Positions 38,561 to 52,589 of a stretch of DNA of 64,000 bases are shown here, piece after piece. The translations under genes and the position numbers were made by a program. Below the pieces are notes generated by a model. The model did not search any database. It worked only from the letters and a program-made list of their open reading frames with translations, and was not told the origin of the DNA. The stretch comes from Octopus bimaculoides (Eukaryota): positions 47,364,802 through 47,428,801 of the forward strand of contig NC_068987.1 in NCBI RefSeq assembly GCF_001194135.2. Reading direction: 5' to 3'. Within the stretch, counting starts at the first letter, position 1, and every line of letters starts with the position of its first letter.

Positions 38561-39675
38561 AATCAAGACAGAACTGGAAGTGCACTGTGACCAGTGGTGT
38601 ACAACAGCATCTGATGGTCTAGTCAGTACTGTGATATATATTTCATGTTTTGCTAAGAAGCAATGCATGGCACCAGGATTTTCAAGTCAAATCCAAGAAA
38701 CTACTCCAAATCTTTGTTAGAATCAGGACAGGTTAATTTCTGCTGGCATCAAGTTGTATAAATTGTAACACTGAAGTCAAAGCAAATAATATTTTGAAAA
38801 TATTTAATGTTTCAAATCTGCGTAATTCCTGTTACATATTATACAGATCTGAAACATATATATTATTCAAATTTTGGCACAAGGCCAGTAATTTCAGGGG
38901 AGAAGTAAGTCAATTACATTGATCCCAGTGTCCAACTGGTACTTAGTTTATCAACCCCAAACGAATTTAAGGCAAAACTGCTAAGCATTTTGCCTGGCAC
39001 TGTAACAATTCTGTCAGCTCACCGCCTTCAGAAATGCTTTCAAAATATGTGGTTTGACTTCATTATTACAATTTATGTGTCTGTGTGCCATCGGCATCAT
39101 CATCATCATCATCAACATGAAAGGATTATGTCATGCATCAATGCTCGCTTTGGCATGATTTCTATAGCTGGATACCCTTCCTAATGCCAACCACTTTACA
39201 GAGTGTAATAAGTGCTTTCTGTCATGGCACCAACCCTAGTGATGGTTGTCTCATAACTTGCAAGATTAAGGCCTTGATATAGTCCTTATAACTATGAGAG
39301 AACAGAAGAGAGAGTGGGTGATGATCCTAAGCAGAGGAATAAGGGAATGAAAAGAGGGGAGGCTGGGGTGGGTATATGGCAGAAAACAGGGAGAGGGAAA
39401 GGGTTAGTTACATACATACACATACGTCTATCCATATGTGTGTGCGCACACGTGCGAGTGTGTGTGTGTTTTGCAAGATTCTTGATGTGAAAGGATAAGG
39501 ACACGCGCGCGCACACACACACACATGCACAATATTCAGAAGCATGACCACTTGCAAACGTTCTCTCCTTATGTCACTTGTATACATACACTAAACTTGC
39601 ATACTTACACTAAACACTCATAAAAATAGCTACAGAAAGATAATACAGTAAAGATAAGTTGATGGCCATTCTTAC

Positions 39676-39780
39676 CTGGTATGGCAATTTTCATTATTTG
39701 CTGCAAACTGTGAGGGTTGCATTAGCTCAATCTGGGCAGCAATGACATCTTTTGACTCTAACATATCACAATCATCTATA
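39676..39780 (-). CDS. Gene B coding exon 5 (105 nt, phase 2 to 2): IDDCDMLESKDVIAAQIELMQPSQFAANNENCHT
   Basis: Acceptor gatttgtcttcccag, donor CCAG|gtaaga, open frame. Confidence 0.8.
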
Positions 39781-40121
39781 CTGGGAAGACAAATCAACAT
39801 CATCATCACTATATTAGTATCATCATCATTATTTATATTAGAATCATCATCATCATCATCAGTAGTAGTAGTAGTAGTAGTAGTAGTAGGCATGGCTGTG
39901 TGATCAAAAAGCTTGCTTCTCAGCCATGTGGTCTCAGCTGCAGTCTTATTGCACGGCACCTTAGGTAAGCATCTACTACTATAGCCCTAGGCCAACTACA
40001 GCCTTGTGATTGAAACTAGTTGATAAAAACTGAAAGAAACATGTTGTTTTACATATTTACATTCTTGTTTTACAAGAAACGTGTTGTTTTACATATTTAT
40101 ACATACATACATACATATGTA

Positions 40122-40296
40122 TAGGTGCAGGAATGGCTGTGTGGTAAGTGACTTACTTACCAATCACATGGTTCTGGGTTCAGTCCCACTGTGTGACACC
40201 TTGGGCAAGTGTCTTCTACTATAGCCTCAGGCCAACCAAAGCCTTGTGAGAGGATTTGGTAGATGGAAACTGAAAGAAGCTCATCGTATATATGTG

Positions 40297-40338
<42 letters not shown>

Positions 40339-40532
40339 TGTGTGTGTATTTGTGTGTCTGTGTTTGTCCTCCCAACCTTTACGTCCCTGTAACTTAAAAG
40401 TTCAGCAAAAGAGACCGATAGAATAAGTATAGGCTTACAAAGAGTAAGTCCTAGGGTCGGTTTGCTCGACTAAAGGCAGTACTCCAGCATGGCCGCAGTC
40501 AATTGATTGAAACAAGTGAAAGAGTAAAAGAA
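40122..40532 (+). mobile_element. Near full-length tRNA-SINE with CORE-like domain and internal (TG)n
   Basis: tggctgtgtggtaag (A box), gggttcagtccc (B box), ccttgggcaagtgtcttct, tail ...ctccagcatggccgcagtc...aagagtaaaagaat. Many partial copies, e.g. about 1010-1200, 5790-5950, 16490-16620, 18140-18360, 43880-44095, 56550-56755. Confidence 0.8.
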
Positions 40533-40914
40533 TATATAAATGAAGCCTGTCATTTTATATTTACATACACACGCATATATTTCATTATTAATGATGGAAG
40601 CAGTATTAATTCAAAATTAGCAATCAGTGTATACACTTAGAGTGTGTATACTATTGAAAGCCCTTTAAGCTGCAGTATCCATCTTGAGAAAGTATCTTGT
40701 AGATGGATAATGTTAAAAACTGAAAGACAGCAGCAGCTGCAAGTCACCCAGTATTGGTAGTGAAATTACAAGATCTAGATTTCACTTGTTATCTTCATCA
40801 GTAGCAGATATCCATGTCACTTCATGTCAAGCAAATACTGGCTGCTGGCTGATATAGTTAAACAGTGATCGAAAGGTCACTGATTTTGCATTTAGCCAAA
40901 ATTTAAAACAATAT

Positions 40915-41019
40915 TATTATCAATAATATTAATACGCTAACGTTTTGTTTTTGTACGTACCTGTTGTGTGCATCACACTTCAAAGAAGTGGCAAAGCGAG
41001 AGAGGAGGACAGAGAGGAA

Positions 41020-41059
<40 letters not shown>

Positions 41060-43816
41060 GAGAGTGAGAGAGAAAGAGAGTGAAAGAGACAGTGAGTGGT
41101 GACGGCATTTGTTTTGTGTTTTTAAATGATTTAGAGAGGATGTAAAAGAGAAAGAAAGAGTGAGAGAGAGGCAAAGAGAGAGAGAGTGAAAGAGACAGTG
41201 AGTGGTGATGGTGTTCGTTTTGTGTTTTTAAATGTTTATCACATCGCAAGAGAAATAGATACATATACACATTGTTAAATCAAAAACGGGAGAGAACAGG
41301 AACACAAAGGAAATGAAAGAGAAAGAAAGTGAGAGAGACAGTAGATACATAAATCTAAAGAAAAGTTCATACATTGATACATACACGCATCAAATATTGG
41401 GTGTCAATTTCATTTCACTTTTCATTACCACATGAGGATAAAATTAACTCACAAATGGCTGAGTACGCCACAGACATGCATAACATTAACGTAGTTCTCA
41501 GGGAAATTCAACCTCACACAGAATATGACAAGGCTGGCCTCTTTGAATTACAGCTACAACTCGAGACATATATATATGAATGTATTTGTGTGCGTGTATA
41601 GTTTAGGCTAGTTAAAACAGGTTTGCGATAATAAGTGTTGCGTGGTGGAAATAAATGCAATTACCAAACTTTCCTTCGTTAATCCATTTATTATTTCGTT
41701 CTTTTGCATTTCAGTTTGTACATTAAGGTTCTTTGAATATGTATGCTGTATTTTAAGGTTAAATAGCAATTCCGTTTACGTTTGTGTAACTGAGATATTT
41801 TGGCTGGATTATATAGTCATTGGTGTTACATTACTTTCTATATTCTGTAACTGTCACAATATATTTTTTTGTGGGGAGGGGGCCAGTTGATTAGATTGAC
41901 CCCAGTACACAACTGATACTTAATTTATCGACCCTGAAAGGACGAAAGGCAAAGTCGAACTTGACAGAATTTGAACTCAGAACGTAAAGACAGATGGTTG
42001 TAATATAGAAACATTTCTCACGGCACCAGTACAATGTTTACAGATGCTTATACTTTTTATGTTTTCCGTAAATTTTTCACGGGTCCAGCTACTTATTATT
42101 ATTATTATCAATAATATTAATACACTAACTTTTTGTTTTTATACGTACTTGTTGTGTGCATCACACTTACTTCTTTGAAGTGGCAAAGTGAGAGAGAGGA
42201 GGACAGAGAGGAAGTAAGAGAAAAAGAGAGAGTGAGAGAGACAGTGAGTGGTGACAGCATTTGTTTTGTGTTTTTAAATGTTTTAGAGAGGATGTAATAG
42301 AGAAAGAAAGAGAATGAGAAAGTGAGAGTGAGAGAGAAAGTGAGAGTGTGAGAGAAAGTGAGAGTGAGAGAGAGAGTGAGAGAGAAAGTGAGAGAGTGAG
42401 AGAGAAAGTGAGAGAGTGTGACAGTTAGTGGTGAAAGCGTTCATTTTGTGTTTTTAAATGTTTATCACATCACAAGAGAAGTAGATACAAAGATACATAT
42501 ACACATTGTTAAATCAAAAGCGGGAGAGAAGAGGGACACAGAGGAAGTGAAAGAGAAAGGGAAAAAGCGAGAGAGACAGTAGATACATAAATTCAAAGAA
42601 AAGTTCATAGATACATAAACACATCAAATATTGGCTGTCAATTTCACTTTTCATTACTACATGAGGATAAAATTAACTCACAAATGGTTGAATACTCCAC
42701 AAACATGCATAACATTAATGTAGTTCTCAGAGAGATTCAGCCTCACACAGAATATGATAAGGCTGGCCCTTCTGAATTACAGCTACAACTCGAGACATAT
42801 ATATATGAATATATTTGTCTGTGTGTGTATAGAATAGGTTAGTTAAAACATGTTTGAAATAATAAGTGTAGCGTGGTGGAAATAAATGCAATTACCAAAC
42901 TTTCATTCATAAATCCATTTATTATTTCTTTCTTTTGCATTTCAATTTGTACATTTGTACCCAGAAATTTCCAACAACTGCACACCAGAAGAAATGGAAA
43001 AACGAGTAATTTTATCTCCTAAAAATTCTGTCTTGCAATAAATGAAAATGTTCTTAATATTATACTAGAGACACTTAAAACGTACTTAAGCACAGATTCA
43101 GTGTCTTGCAATAATGAAGAGAAGGTTCAGAACTATCCATTTGAATTCATAAACCCACTCACTCCATCCGGTATGCCTCCTCATCACTTCAACTTAAAAG
43201 TAGGTGCTATTGTAATGTTGCTAAGAAATCTTTCAATCATTCAAGGATTATGTAATGGAACTTTCATGAAAGTGCAAAGACTTCATGGACATTGCGTAGA
43301 GGCATCATTGGTAACAGGCTCCAACAGAGATCGTACAGTTCTAATTTCTAGAATTAAACTTAGCCCAAGTGATGCAAATATTCTATTCACACTAAACAGA
43401 CTTCAGTCTCCACTTCAACTTGCATATTCAATGACAATTAATAAGGCTCAAGGGCAAACAGTTGAAAAAGTTGGAATACATTTGCCTCAACCGATATTTT
43501 CTCATGGCCAATTATATGTCGCATTTTCAAGAGCACGACCTATGAACAATATCAAAGTAAGAGTTATGACATTCAATTAGGATAACAGACAAGGCCAAAA
43601 ACGTGGTGTGACATACACACAAAATATTGTCTACCATAAAGTACTGTGAGGAAGACCACTGCACTAGCTAGCATCACCACCACACCAGCTGCTCCATCAT
43701 TACACACCCACATTACATCTTTAAGATTGGAGAACCACTTAGGGGTTCATTGAATCTCTCTCAGCATACCAGTAAACCACAAAATCGCACCAGCATCACC
43801 ACCACCTCCAAGCCTG

Positions 43817-43864
<48 letters not shown>

Positions 43865-44520
43865 GTGTGGGTGTGTGTGTGTTTGTGTCTGTGTTTGTCC
43901 AACCACCACCATTGCTTGACAACCAATGTTGGTGTGTTTGCATCCCTGTAATTTAGCTGTTCAGTAGAAGAGACTGATAGAATAAGCACCCGGCTTACAA
44001 GGAATAAGTCCAGGGGGTCAATTTCTTTGATTAAAGGGTAGTGCTCCAGCATGGCCACCGTCAAATGACTGAAACAAGTAAAAGAATAAAAGAATACCAG
44101 AAAAATGTTCCATACCACTAAACCAAGAAGGTTCTTTGAATATGTATGCTGTATTTTAAGGTTAAATAGTAATTCCGTTTACGTTTGTGTAACCGAGATA
44201 TTTTGGTTGGAATATATAGTCATTAGTGTTACATTACTTTCTATATTCTGTAACTGTCACAATATACTTTTCTAGGCCTGAATTTTTTGTGGGGAGGGGG
44301 TCAGTTGATTAGATCGACCCCAGTACACAACTAATACGTAATTCATCAACCCCGAAAGGACGAAAGGTAAAGTTGACTTCAGCAGAATTTGAACTCAGAA
44401 CATAAAGACAGATGGTCATAATTTGCAAACATTTCTCATGACACCAGTACACTGTTTACAGATGCTTACATTTTTTATGTTTTCCATGAATTTTTCACAG
44501 GTCCAGCTAGTTATTATTAT
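40915..44520. repeat. Local tandem duplication of a unit of about 1.2 kb; the second copy is split by an insertion
   Basis: Copy 1 about 40915-42095. Copy 2 about 42103-42955 plus 44128-44520, with ...gtacatt|insertion|aaggttctttgaatatg at the break. Confidence 0.85.
42960..43650 (+). pseudogene. Helitron PIF1-type helicase C-terminal fragment
   Basis: LTPSGMPPHHFNLKVGAIVMLLRNL...GLCNGT, YSMTINKAQGQT, FSHGQLYVAFSR, then past a stop ...TQNIVYHKVL*, the typical Helitron C-terminus. Confidence 0.9.
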
Positions 44521-45075
44521 TATGTTAGCAATATCTATCTATCATCATCATCATCATCAATATCTATCATCATCATCATCATCATCATTATTATTATATC
44601 ATTTTAAAGGGAATAGTGTAACTAATATGATAGACTCAAATAAATAATGTACGCTATCTAATTTCATTTCTCTACATTTTGAAATCAAATCTTGCTACGG
44701 TTGATTTTATCATAGGGTTGATTCACTCCTCCACAGGATGGGTTTCTTTCAGTTTCCATCTACCAAATTCACTGACAAGGCTTTCGTCAGCCCAAGACAC
44801 TTGTTCAAAATGCTGTGCAGTGTTACTGAATTCAAAACCATATGGTTGTGAAACCAGATTATTTAAAATGGTGATTACCTTCCTATACTCAACTATACAT
44901 CTAAAAATGGCAAGCTGCTTTCACTCCCAGTTTCAACCATTTCCCTTCACTAATGGTACTAAATATCAATACATTTGAGAAACGTATAAATGTCAGACAA
45001 TCTCATTTCCCAATCTCAAATTGAGTATGTGAGCATTTTTATAGAAAGAAACTGAGCTTGGTAAAAAAAATGAAA

Positions 45076-45223
<148 letters not shown>

Positions 45224-45245
45224 TGTGAAATAATTTTATAATTAC

Positions 45246-45298
45246 CTTATCACACCACTGTCCTGTGTTCGATCTGTTTCTCCAAGATCTTCTCCGGG
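45246..45298 (-). CDS. Gene B coding exon 4 (53 nt, phase 0 to 2): PGEDLGETDRTQDSGVI
   Basis: Acceptor ttattttgtttttctgcag, donor ATAAG|gtaatt. Phases bridge exons 3 and 5. Confidence 0.8.
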
Positions 45299-45304
45299 CT
45301 GCAG

Positions 45305-46045
45305 AAAAACAAAATAATAATTATTCTTTCTAGTAAAGGCATAAGGCCTGAAACTTGGGTGGGAGGGACAAGTCACTTACATTGACCCCCAGTACTTGAC
45401 TAGTACTTATTTCATTAACCCTGAAAGGATGAAAGGCAAAATCAACCTTGGCAGAATTTGAACAGAGAATGTAAATGGCTTGAAGAAATGTTGCTAAATA
45501 TTTTGTCTGATTTGGTTATGGTCCTGCCAGTTCACCACCTTGATAATGATAATAAACCTTTCTACTATAAGCACAAGGTCTGAAATTTGAGGGTAAGAAG
45601 TGGGAACAGTCAATTACATTAACCCCAGTGCTTAACTGGTACTCATTTTATTGACTCTGAAAGAATTAAAGGCAAAACTGACCTTGGTGGAATTTGAATT
45701 CAGAATGTATAGAGCTCGAACAAATGCCACAAAGCAACTTGTCCAGTATGTTCATAACAAAAAATATTTCCTTTCTTCTTTTTAGTAAGAATACTAACCC
45801 CTAATATTAGCACAAGTCTGCAACTTTCGGGAGATGTGAAAAGAATCATTCATATTTACCCCACCAATATGGAACTAGTTAAACACTGCAAGACATTGCC
45901 TCTGGTGATCTACTAATTCTGCTAATTAGCACCAATTAGATAAAGTAGAGTATCAACCAAGATATTCACCAGAGAACTTTCACCATTTTAAAAACATAAT
46001 GAATCAAACTACAGTTCTATATTATAGTGCTAGTTATAGCCATGT

Positions 46046-46103
<58 letters not shown>

Positions 46104-48050
46104 CATAAGGAGCTGGAAGAAATGCAACTAAGCATTTAGTCTGACACCCTAACAATTCTGCCAATCCATCGTCTTAATAATAATGGTTTCAAATTTTGGA
46201 GAGCAATTTTATGGGGAGTAGTAAGTCAGTTACACTATTTCTAGTTTCTTGACTGGTATTTTATTTTATCAATCCTTTTCTATTCTAGGCACAAGACCCG
46301 AAATTTGGGGGGAGGGAGGCAATCAATTAGATTGACTCCAGTATGCAACTGGTACTAATTTATCGACCCCGAAAGGATGAAAGGCAAAGTCGACCTCAAT
46401 GGGATTTGAAACAAGAATGTTCAGAACCAGAAGAAATACGACATGGCATGTTCTCCCACTTTAATGGCTCTACTAATTTATGACTCTAATAATTATAATA
46501 ATAATCCTTTCTACTATAGGCCCAAGGAATGAAATCTGGGGGGAAGGGGATAGTTGATTACATTAACCCCAGTATTTCACTGGTACTTATTTCATTGACC
46601 CTGAAAGGATGAAAGGTAAAGTCAACCTCAGAACGTAAAAATGGAGGAAATGCCACTAAGCATTTTGCCTGGAGTGCTAACGATTTTACCACCTTAATAA
46701 TAATAATAATGATAATAATCTTTTCTATTGTAAGCACAAGGCCTGAAATTTGGGAGGGGAGGGAGCTAGTCAATTACAATGATCTCAGTACGTAACTGGT
46801 ACTTATTTCATTGACCCTGAATGGATGAAAAGCAAAGTCAGCCTTGGTGGAATTTGAACTCAGAACTTAAAGACAGAAAAAATGCCACTAACTATTTTGC
46901 CCGGAGTGATACTGATTCTGCCTGCTTGCCGCCTTAATAATAATAGTAATCATTTCTACTATAGGCACAAGGCCTGAAATTTTGGGGGAGGGGATGGTTG
47001 ATTGCATTGACCCCAGTGTTTCAGTGGTACTTAATTTATCAACCCTGAAAAAATGAAAGGCAAAGTTGGTCTCGGCAAAATTTGAACTCAGAACATAAAG
47101 ATGGACGAAATGCAGCAAAGCATTTTGCCTGGTGTACTAATGATTCTGCCAACTCACTGCCATAATAATAATAGTAATAATAATAGCAGTAGGAGTAATC
47201 CTTTCTACTATAGGCACAAGGCACAACATTTTAAGGGATGAGGCTAGCTGATTAGATCAATCCTAGTGCTTGACATATTTCACTGACCCCAAAAGAATGA
47301 ATGACAAAGTCAACCTTGGCAGAATTTGAACTCAGAATGTTTTACGTGGCATACTAATGATTCTGCCAGTTCACCACCTTAATTAATAATGGTTTCAAAT
47401 TTTGCCACAAGGGCAGCAATTTTGGAGGTGGGAATGAGTCAATTAGATCGACCCTAGTGTTCAACTGGTACTCAATTTATCGACCCCGAAAGGATGAAAG
47501 GAACTCAGAACGTAGCGATGGGTGAAATACTGCTAAGCATTTTGTCCAGCATGCTAATGATTCTGCCAGCTCACTGTCTTGATGATGATGATGATGATAA
47601 TAATAATAATAATAACAATGAAAATCCTTTCTTGTTTTGACATGAGGCCAGCAATTTTGAGGAGTGTAGAAGTCAATTATATGAAGCTCAAAGCTCAAAT
47701 GGTACTTATTTTATTGACTGCAAAACGATGAAGTGCAAAGTCAACTTCACTGGCATTTGAAATCTGAACATAAAGCTGAAAGAAATACTGCTAAGCATTT
47801 GTCTGGTGCAGTAATAATTCTGCCAGTTCACTGTGTTAATAATAATAATAATAATAATCCTTTCTTATTTTGGCACAAAGTCAGCAATTTTGAGGAGAGG
47901 GGAAGTCAATTACATCAATGCCAGTGCTTAACTGGGATTTTGTTGGCATCAAAAGGATAAAGGGCAAAATGAACTTCAGAAAGTAAAGGCAGACGAAATG
48001 CCACTCAGCATTTTGTCCAACAGGCTAATCATTCTGCAAGCTTTACCACC

Positions 48051-48097
<47 letters not shown>

Positions 48098-48570
48098 CCT
48101 TTCTACTATAGGCACAAGGCCTGAAATTTTGGGGAGGGGGATAGTTGATTACATTGACCCCAGTACTCAACTGGTACTTAATTTATCGAACCCAAAAGGA
48201 TGAAAGGCAAAGTCGACCTTGGCAGAATTTGAACTTAGAATCTGAAGATGGATAAAATACCGCTATGTATTTTGCCTGGCATGCTAACAATTCTGCCAGA
48301 TTGCTACCTTAAATTAATAATAATAATAATGGTTTCAAATTTTGCCACAAGGGCAGCAATTTTGGGGCAGGGGATAAGTTGATTACATCAACCCAAGTGT
48401 TCAAATGGTATTTATTTTATCGATCCTGAAAGGATGAAAGGCAAAGTCGACCTCAGCAGAATTTGAATTCAGAACGTAGGGACAGGCAAAATACTGCTAA
48501 ACATTTCGTCCAGCGTGCTAATGATTCTGCCTGCTTGCTACCTTGCTAATAACAATAATAATAACATTAC
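45305..48570 (-). mobile_element. Array of about 13 head-to-tail Nin-domain tRNA-SINEs filling gene B intron 3
   Basis: Units of about 220-250 bp: head aaggcgg..ggcagaatcgttagc, B box gagttcaaattc, core gtcgactttgcctttcatcctttc, (ATT)n tail. All read on the - strand. Confidence 0.9.
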
Positions 48571-48983
48571 CTTTTGATGGAACTGGTGAATGCTAGTTCT
48601 GTCTGAACTGTTCAATAGGTTTAAATTTTCTGTTACCAAAGAATTTGATACACTAATTGAGGAATTTGGTACAATGTAAATGTCTTTAGTTACATCTGCT
48701 GACTGTAATGGAGTTTTACCAAGGGTTGGTTTAGGTTGAATTGATGAATGAGGTTGTGGTGAGAGTTGCTGCTGTTGCTCGTGGTCTTCTTCTTCTTGAG
48801 AAAGGTTGCGGAACTCCGTGGAACCGACATTATTCATGTTCAGGTCATCCACGACAGTTGGAAGGTTTGTGTAAGGTGTCATGGAGTCAGGATTGAAGTT
48901 ATCTATTTGTTGGAAGTCTCCATCATCATCATCATTTGACACTGAGTTATATCTTGATGACTGATTCTTCATTTCATTTGACA
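48571..48983 (-). CDS. Gene B coding exon 3 (413 nt, phase 1 to 0), low-complexity N/D/Q/S/P-rich linker
   Basis: Acceptor tttgtttttgttttttttttcag, donor CAAAAG|gtaatg, 137 uninterrupted codons (SNEMKNQSSRY...IHQFHQK). Confidence 0.85.
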
Positions 48984-50349
48984 CTGAAAAAAAAAACAAA
49001 AACAAACTGAAATAACAATACACCACATTCACTGTAGACCTTAACTTCCCACAAGACACTTAAGAAAAACTCAACAAAGACAACTTTTACATGGTTGCTT
49101 CACCTGTGAGAAATAGCATCCAAATCATCCTCAAAATACACTACCATCTAATGAGGTGAAAGACTAAGTAAACACCAACAAAATTCAAACTTAAAAGAAA
49201 GTAAAAAAAAATGTTAGTCAATGCTGCAAATTATTTTGTTCAATCTCAATAAGTTCCATTAATCCATAAAACTAACGCTGGCTATTTTGGGAAACAACCT
49301 TCGACATGTATAACATGTTGTCAATTCCTTAGTATGCGCAGTGATTGTGCTTTCGCGCAGTGGTAAATGGAGGCAATATTGTTGTGTTTTTATTGGAGAA
49401 TCATCATCATCATCATCATGATTTACTGTCCATTCTCCATGCTGGCATGGGTTGGACAGTTTAACAGGAGTTGACCAGCTCAATGGCTGCCTGGGCTCCA
49501 TTTGTCTGTTTTGGCAAAGTTTCTATAGCTGGATGCCCTTTCTGACACCAACTACTTTACTGAAAGTACTGTGCATTTATGTGACACTAGTACAAGCACT
49601 TTTATGTTATATGGCATGAGTACTTTTATGTGACACCATCACAGGTGCTTTTACAGGACACCAGCACAGGTGCCTTTATGTGGCATCAACACTCACGAGC
49701 CTGCAAGACTAGGATCTCTTGGCTGAGAGATGGATGTAGAGGACATGCATGCCTGTATGCATGGACGGCCACGATTTTACTTAGCTTGACATGTCTTCGA
49801 CATTTTTATTAATGGAAGTAATGAAAGTATGGTATGATATTTCTAGAAATGCATGGATATCTGGAAGTGGGAGTTTAGACAGAAGTGAAGAGTGGTACCA
49901 TCATGTGGATATTGTTCACGATATAGAAAGTAAGCCACTTTTGTACAGAAGAGTGGGGGATATAACCCAACATTAGGGAACACTACAGTTGAAAGAGTGA
50001 TGATTAGAGACAGTGAGTTTTAACAATGCACATTACTTGTTTTTGCACTTGTATAAATATATATGTGTATATGGCAGAGAATCTTGTGGGGTGAAAATGG
50101 GAAGTTTTGCAGGAGTTTTGTTGAATGTATGTACTGTGGAGGTAAAATTATAATTGTAGCTTCCCCCAGGAGTACTTCTTACAGGCTTTGACAAAACAAT
50201 AGAAAAACTACTTTTTTCTATTGGCCATATGGCAAATTCAAAACTGTTCTTGTATGTGTCCATATGCATTTTGCATATCTTGTACTTCATGATATAACAC
50301 CCCCACCCCGTTTTTTTTTTTTTTTTGGTGGGGGAGGTTGCAGATATTG

Positions 50350-51330
50350 ATATTTGAATAAGTTAAAATATGTGACTGATATGATTTCCAATAAGGTCAA
50401 ATTGTTGGAGCACAGGTAGCTGGAGCTTCATTCACTAAACCTGCTGAATTGTTTAATGTTTTGAGAAGTATAGTCTCTAAAATCATGTTGGCATTCTAAA
50501 ACCATAGTTAAAACCATCTCTGACAAGCATAATTCTCGACAAAAAGCAAAGCTCACAGAAAGGGACCAAAGAATAGTGAAACATATTGATTCTAAAAATC
50601 ATTGAACTATGGCAGCAAAAGTGACAGCAAAGCTAAAGCATCACCTTACTAACCCTGTGTCAACCAAAACTGTTTGCTGTGAGCTCCATAAAAGATATTA
50701 TGGGAGGGTTGCAATTGCTAAACCTATCCTATCCTCATCAACATTGATATGTGGAAAAAATGGAGTATAGACTATCAGAAGTGGTCAATGACTGAATGAA
50801 ACAATGTCATCTCCACTGATCACTTATCACTCCTCCTTTTTCCTACTTCAGAGTAAGTTTATGTCTGGAGACAGCCTAATGAAACCTTCAACCCTGAACT
50901 GTTTGGCCCTGTTGTGAAGCATGGAGGTGAGTCTGTGATGATTTGTGTGGTAATATCACAGAATTCTCTTGGCTCTTTAGTTGTCTACATGGCAGAGTTA
51001 ACATCAAGGATTATCTGAGTATTTTGGATCATGTCCATACTATGGTACAAATATTGTTCCTTAAAGGCCATAAAAATGAAGTAGATCACTTGGATTGACC
51101 ACCACAATCACTGGATCTCAATACAAGTGAACATTTATGGTGCATTTTGGAGCAACAAGTGAGGAGCCACTACCCTCCACTATTGTTGAAAGAGCTAAAG
51201 TAGGTTTTACTTATAGAATGGCTCAAAATTCCCCTAAAAACTGTTCAGAACACATGTACAAGTTAATTTCTTGACATACTAAAGGCATGATTGATGCTAA
51301 AGATGGATCAGTAATAAAACTTCCATTTGA
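50350..51330 (+). mobile_element. Degraded Tc1-like (DD34E) transposase
   Basis: GQIVGA..., KLTERDQR...VSTKTV..ELHK..YGRVAIAKP, VKHGGESVM, WPPQSLDLNTSEHLW, with many stops and frameshifts. Confidence 0.85.
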
Positions 51331-51372
51331 AAAGGTGTTTATATTATTTTATTCAACACCAACCCACCTACC

Positions 51373-51580
51373 TAAAAGGGGGTGCTGAAAAGTCCCTACT
51401 TTAAGGGTATCACGAAAAGCCTGGTTGGAGGCCCAACCTTCCAAGTTCTTTTACAGGGCATAGTAAAACTGAAGGACAGCTGAATGAACCTGAGAGGGGA
51501 ATATGTTGAATAAATAATAATTAACTGATCCCACAGGATTTTCTTTTACCCAAAACCAGGAGTTTTTCAGCACCCCCTTA
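51373..51580. mobile_element. Mariner-type MITE of about 200 bp
   Basis: Inverted termini agggggtgctgaaaagt and agtttttcagcaccccct, TA at the right end. Confidence 0.7.
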
Positions 51581-52589
51581 CCTCTCTCTCTTTCTATATA
51601 TATATATATAAAAACAAAACTGTCTGACGAACAGGAACATGAAACTCTAAGTAACAGTTTTTGTGATATTTTTGCTGCGTTTTAATAGATCATATTACTA
51701 TGGTAGTTGAGTACTATTTTTTCCACCTTGTTTTGCATTTATGTGCTTACTCTGGTATATACATCTATATGTAATGGAAGATACAAATAAGATGATAATT
51801 TATTTTCAAATGCAGAGACGGTGTTTGAAAACAAATTATCATCTCATATGTATCTTACAATATACATTTCAACACTTATAAAAAAAATATGTTAGTTTGT
51901 TTATAGTCATATACACATTGTTATATATATCCATATATACATACACACATACATACATATGAGTCCTTAAAAGTATATCATCTATGTTTATGCTTCTGCA
52001 CTCAATTTTCCAAACACCCACACCTCCTTCACTCTTCTGACCATGCCACTATTCACTCAGTTGCTGTAATTCTGTACCACTCACCATCCTTGGAACCACT
52101 TCCTTTTCTCATGCATTCTCAGTATCATCACCTCATTTTACCCTCCATTTACTCCAGTTCGTCTTCCACTATTTCCACCCTTATGTACTTCTAACTGCAT
52201 CCTGGCACTGTGCATTTTTCTTGCACCACAACCCCATACACTTCACATCATGTGCTGCCAACTATTATCTCCTCAATACACTCCTACTTCCTCCACCTTC
52301 CCCTGCAATTCACAATTGATCATGCCTCCACCCGTGTTCACCACTCACTGCCTTTTCCCTCTCTTTCCATCTCTGTTCATCTGTCACCCTCCTCTCACAC
52401 ATCTGCAAACTTACTTCCCCATCCAAACCTCTTCTCTTGATAAGCACTGACATCTTCACCACCAATCTTGCCAACTGGGAAAACCATGTACCACCCCTAC
52501 AGCAGGACAAATAAAAGAATATATACATACACACACACATACATTTATACATACATATAAATACATATCATAAACACACATTTATATAT

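Noticed and set aside
45305-48570. CRISPR-like or satellite array
   Set aside because: Eukaryotic context. The units are 220-250 bp diverged SINEs with tRNA-like heads, not short identical repeats with unique spacers.
50033-50290. Additional gene B exon (KICKMHMD...)
   Set aside because: No pyrimidine-rich acceptor giving a phase 1-to-1 exon, and the model is complete without it.
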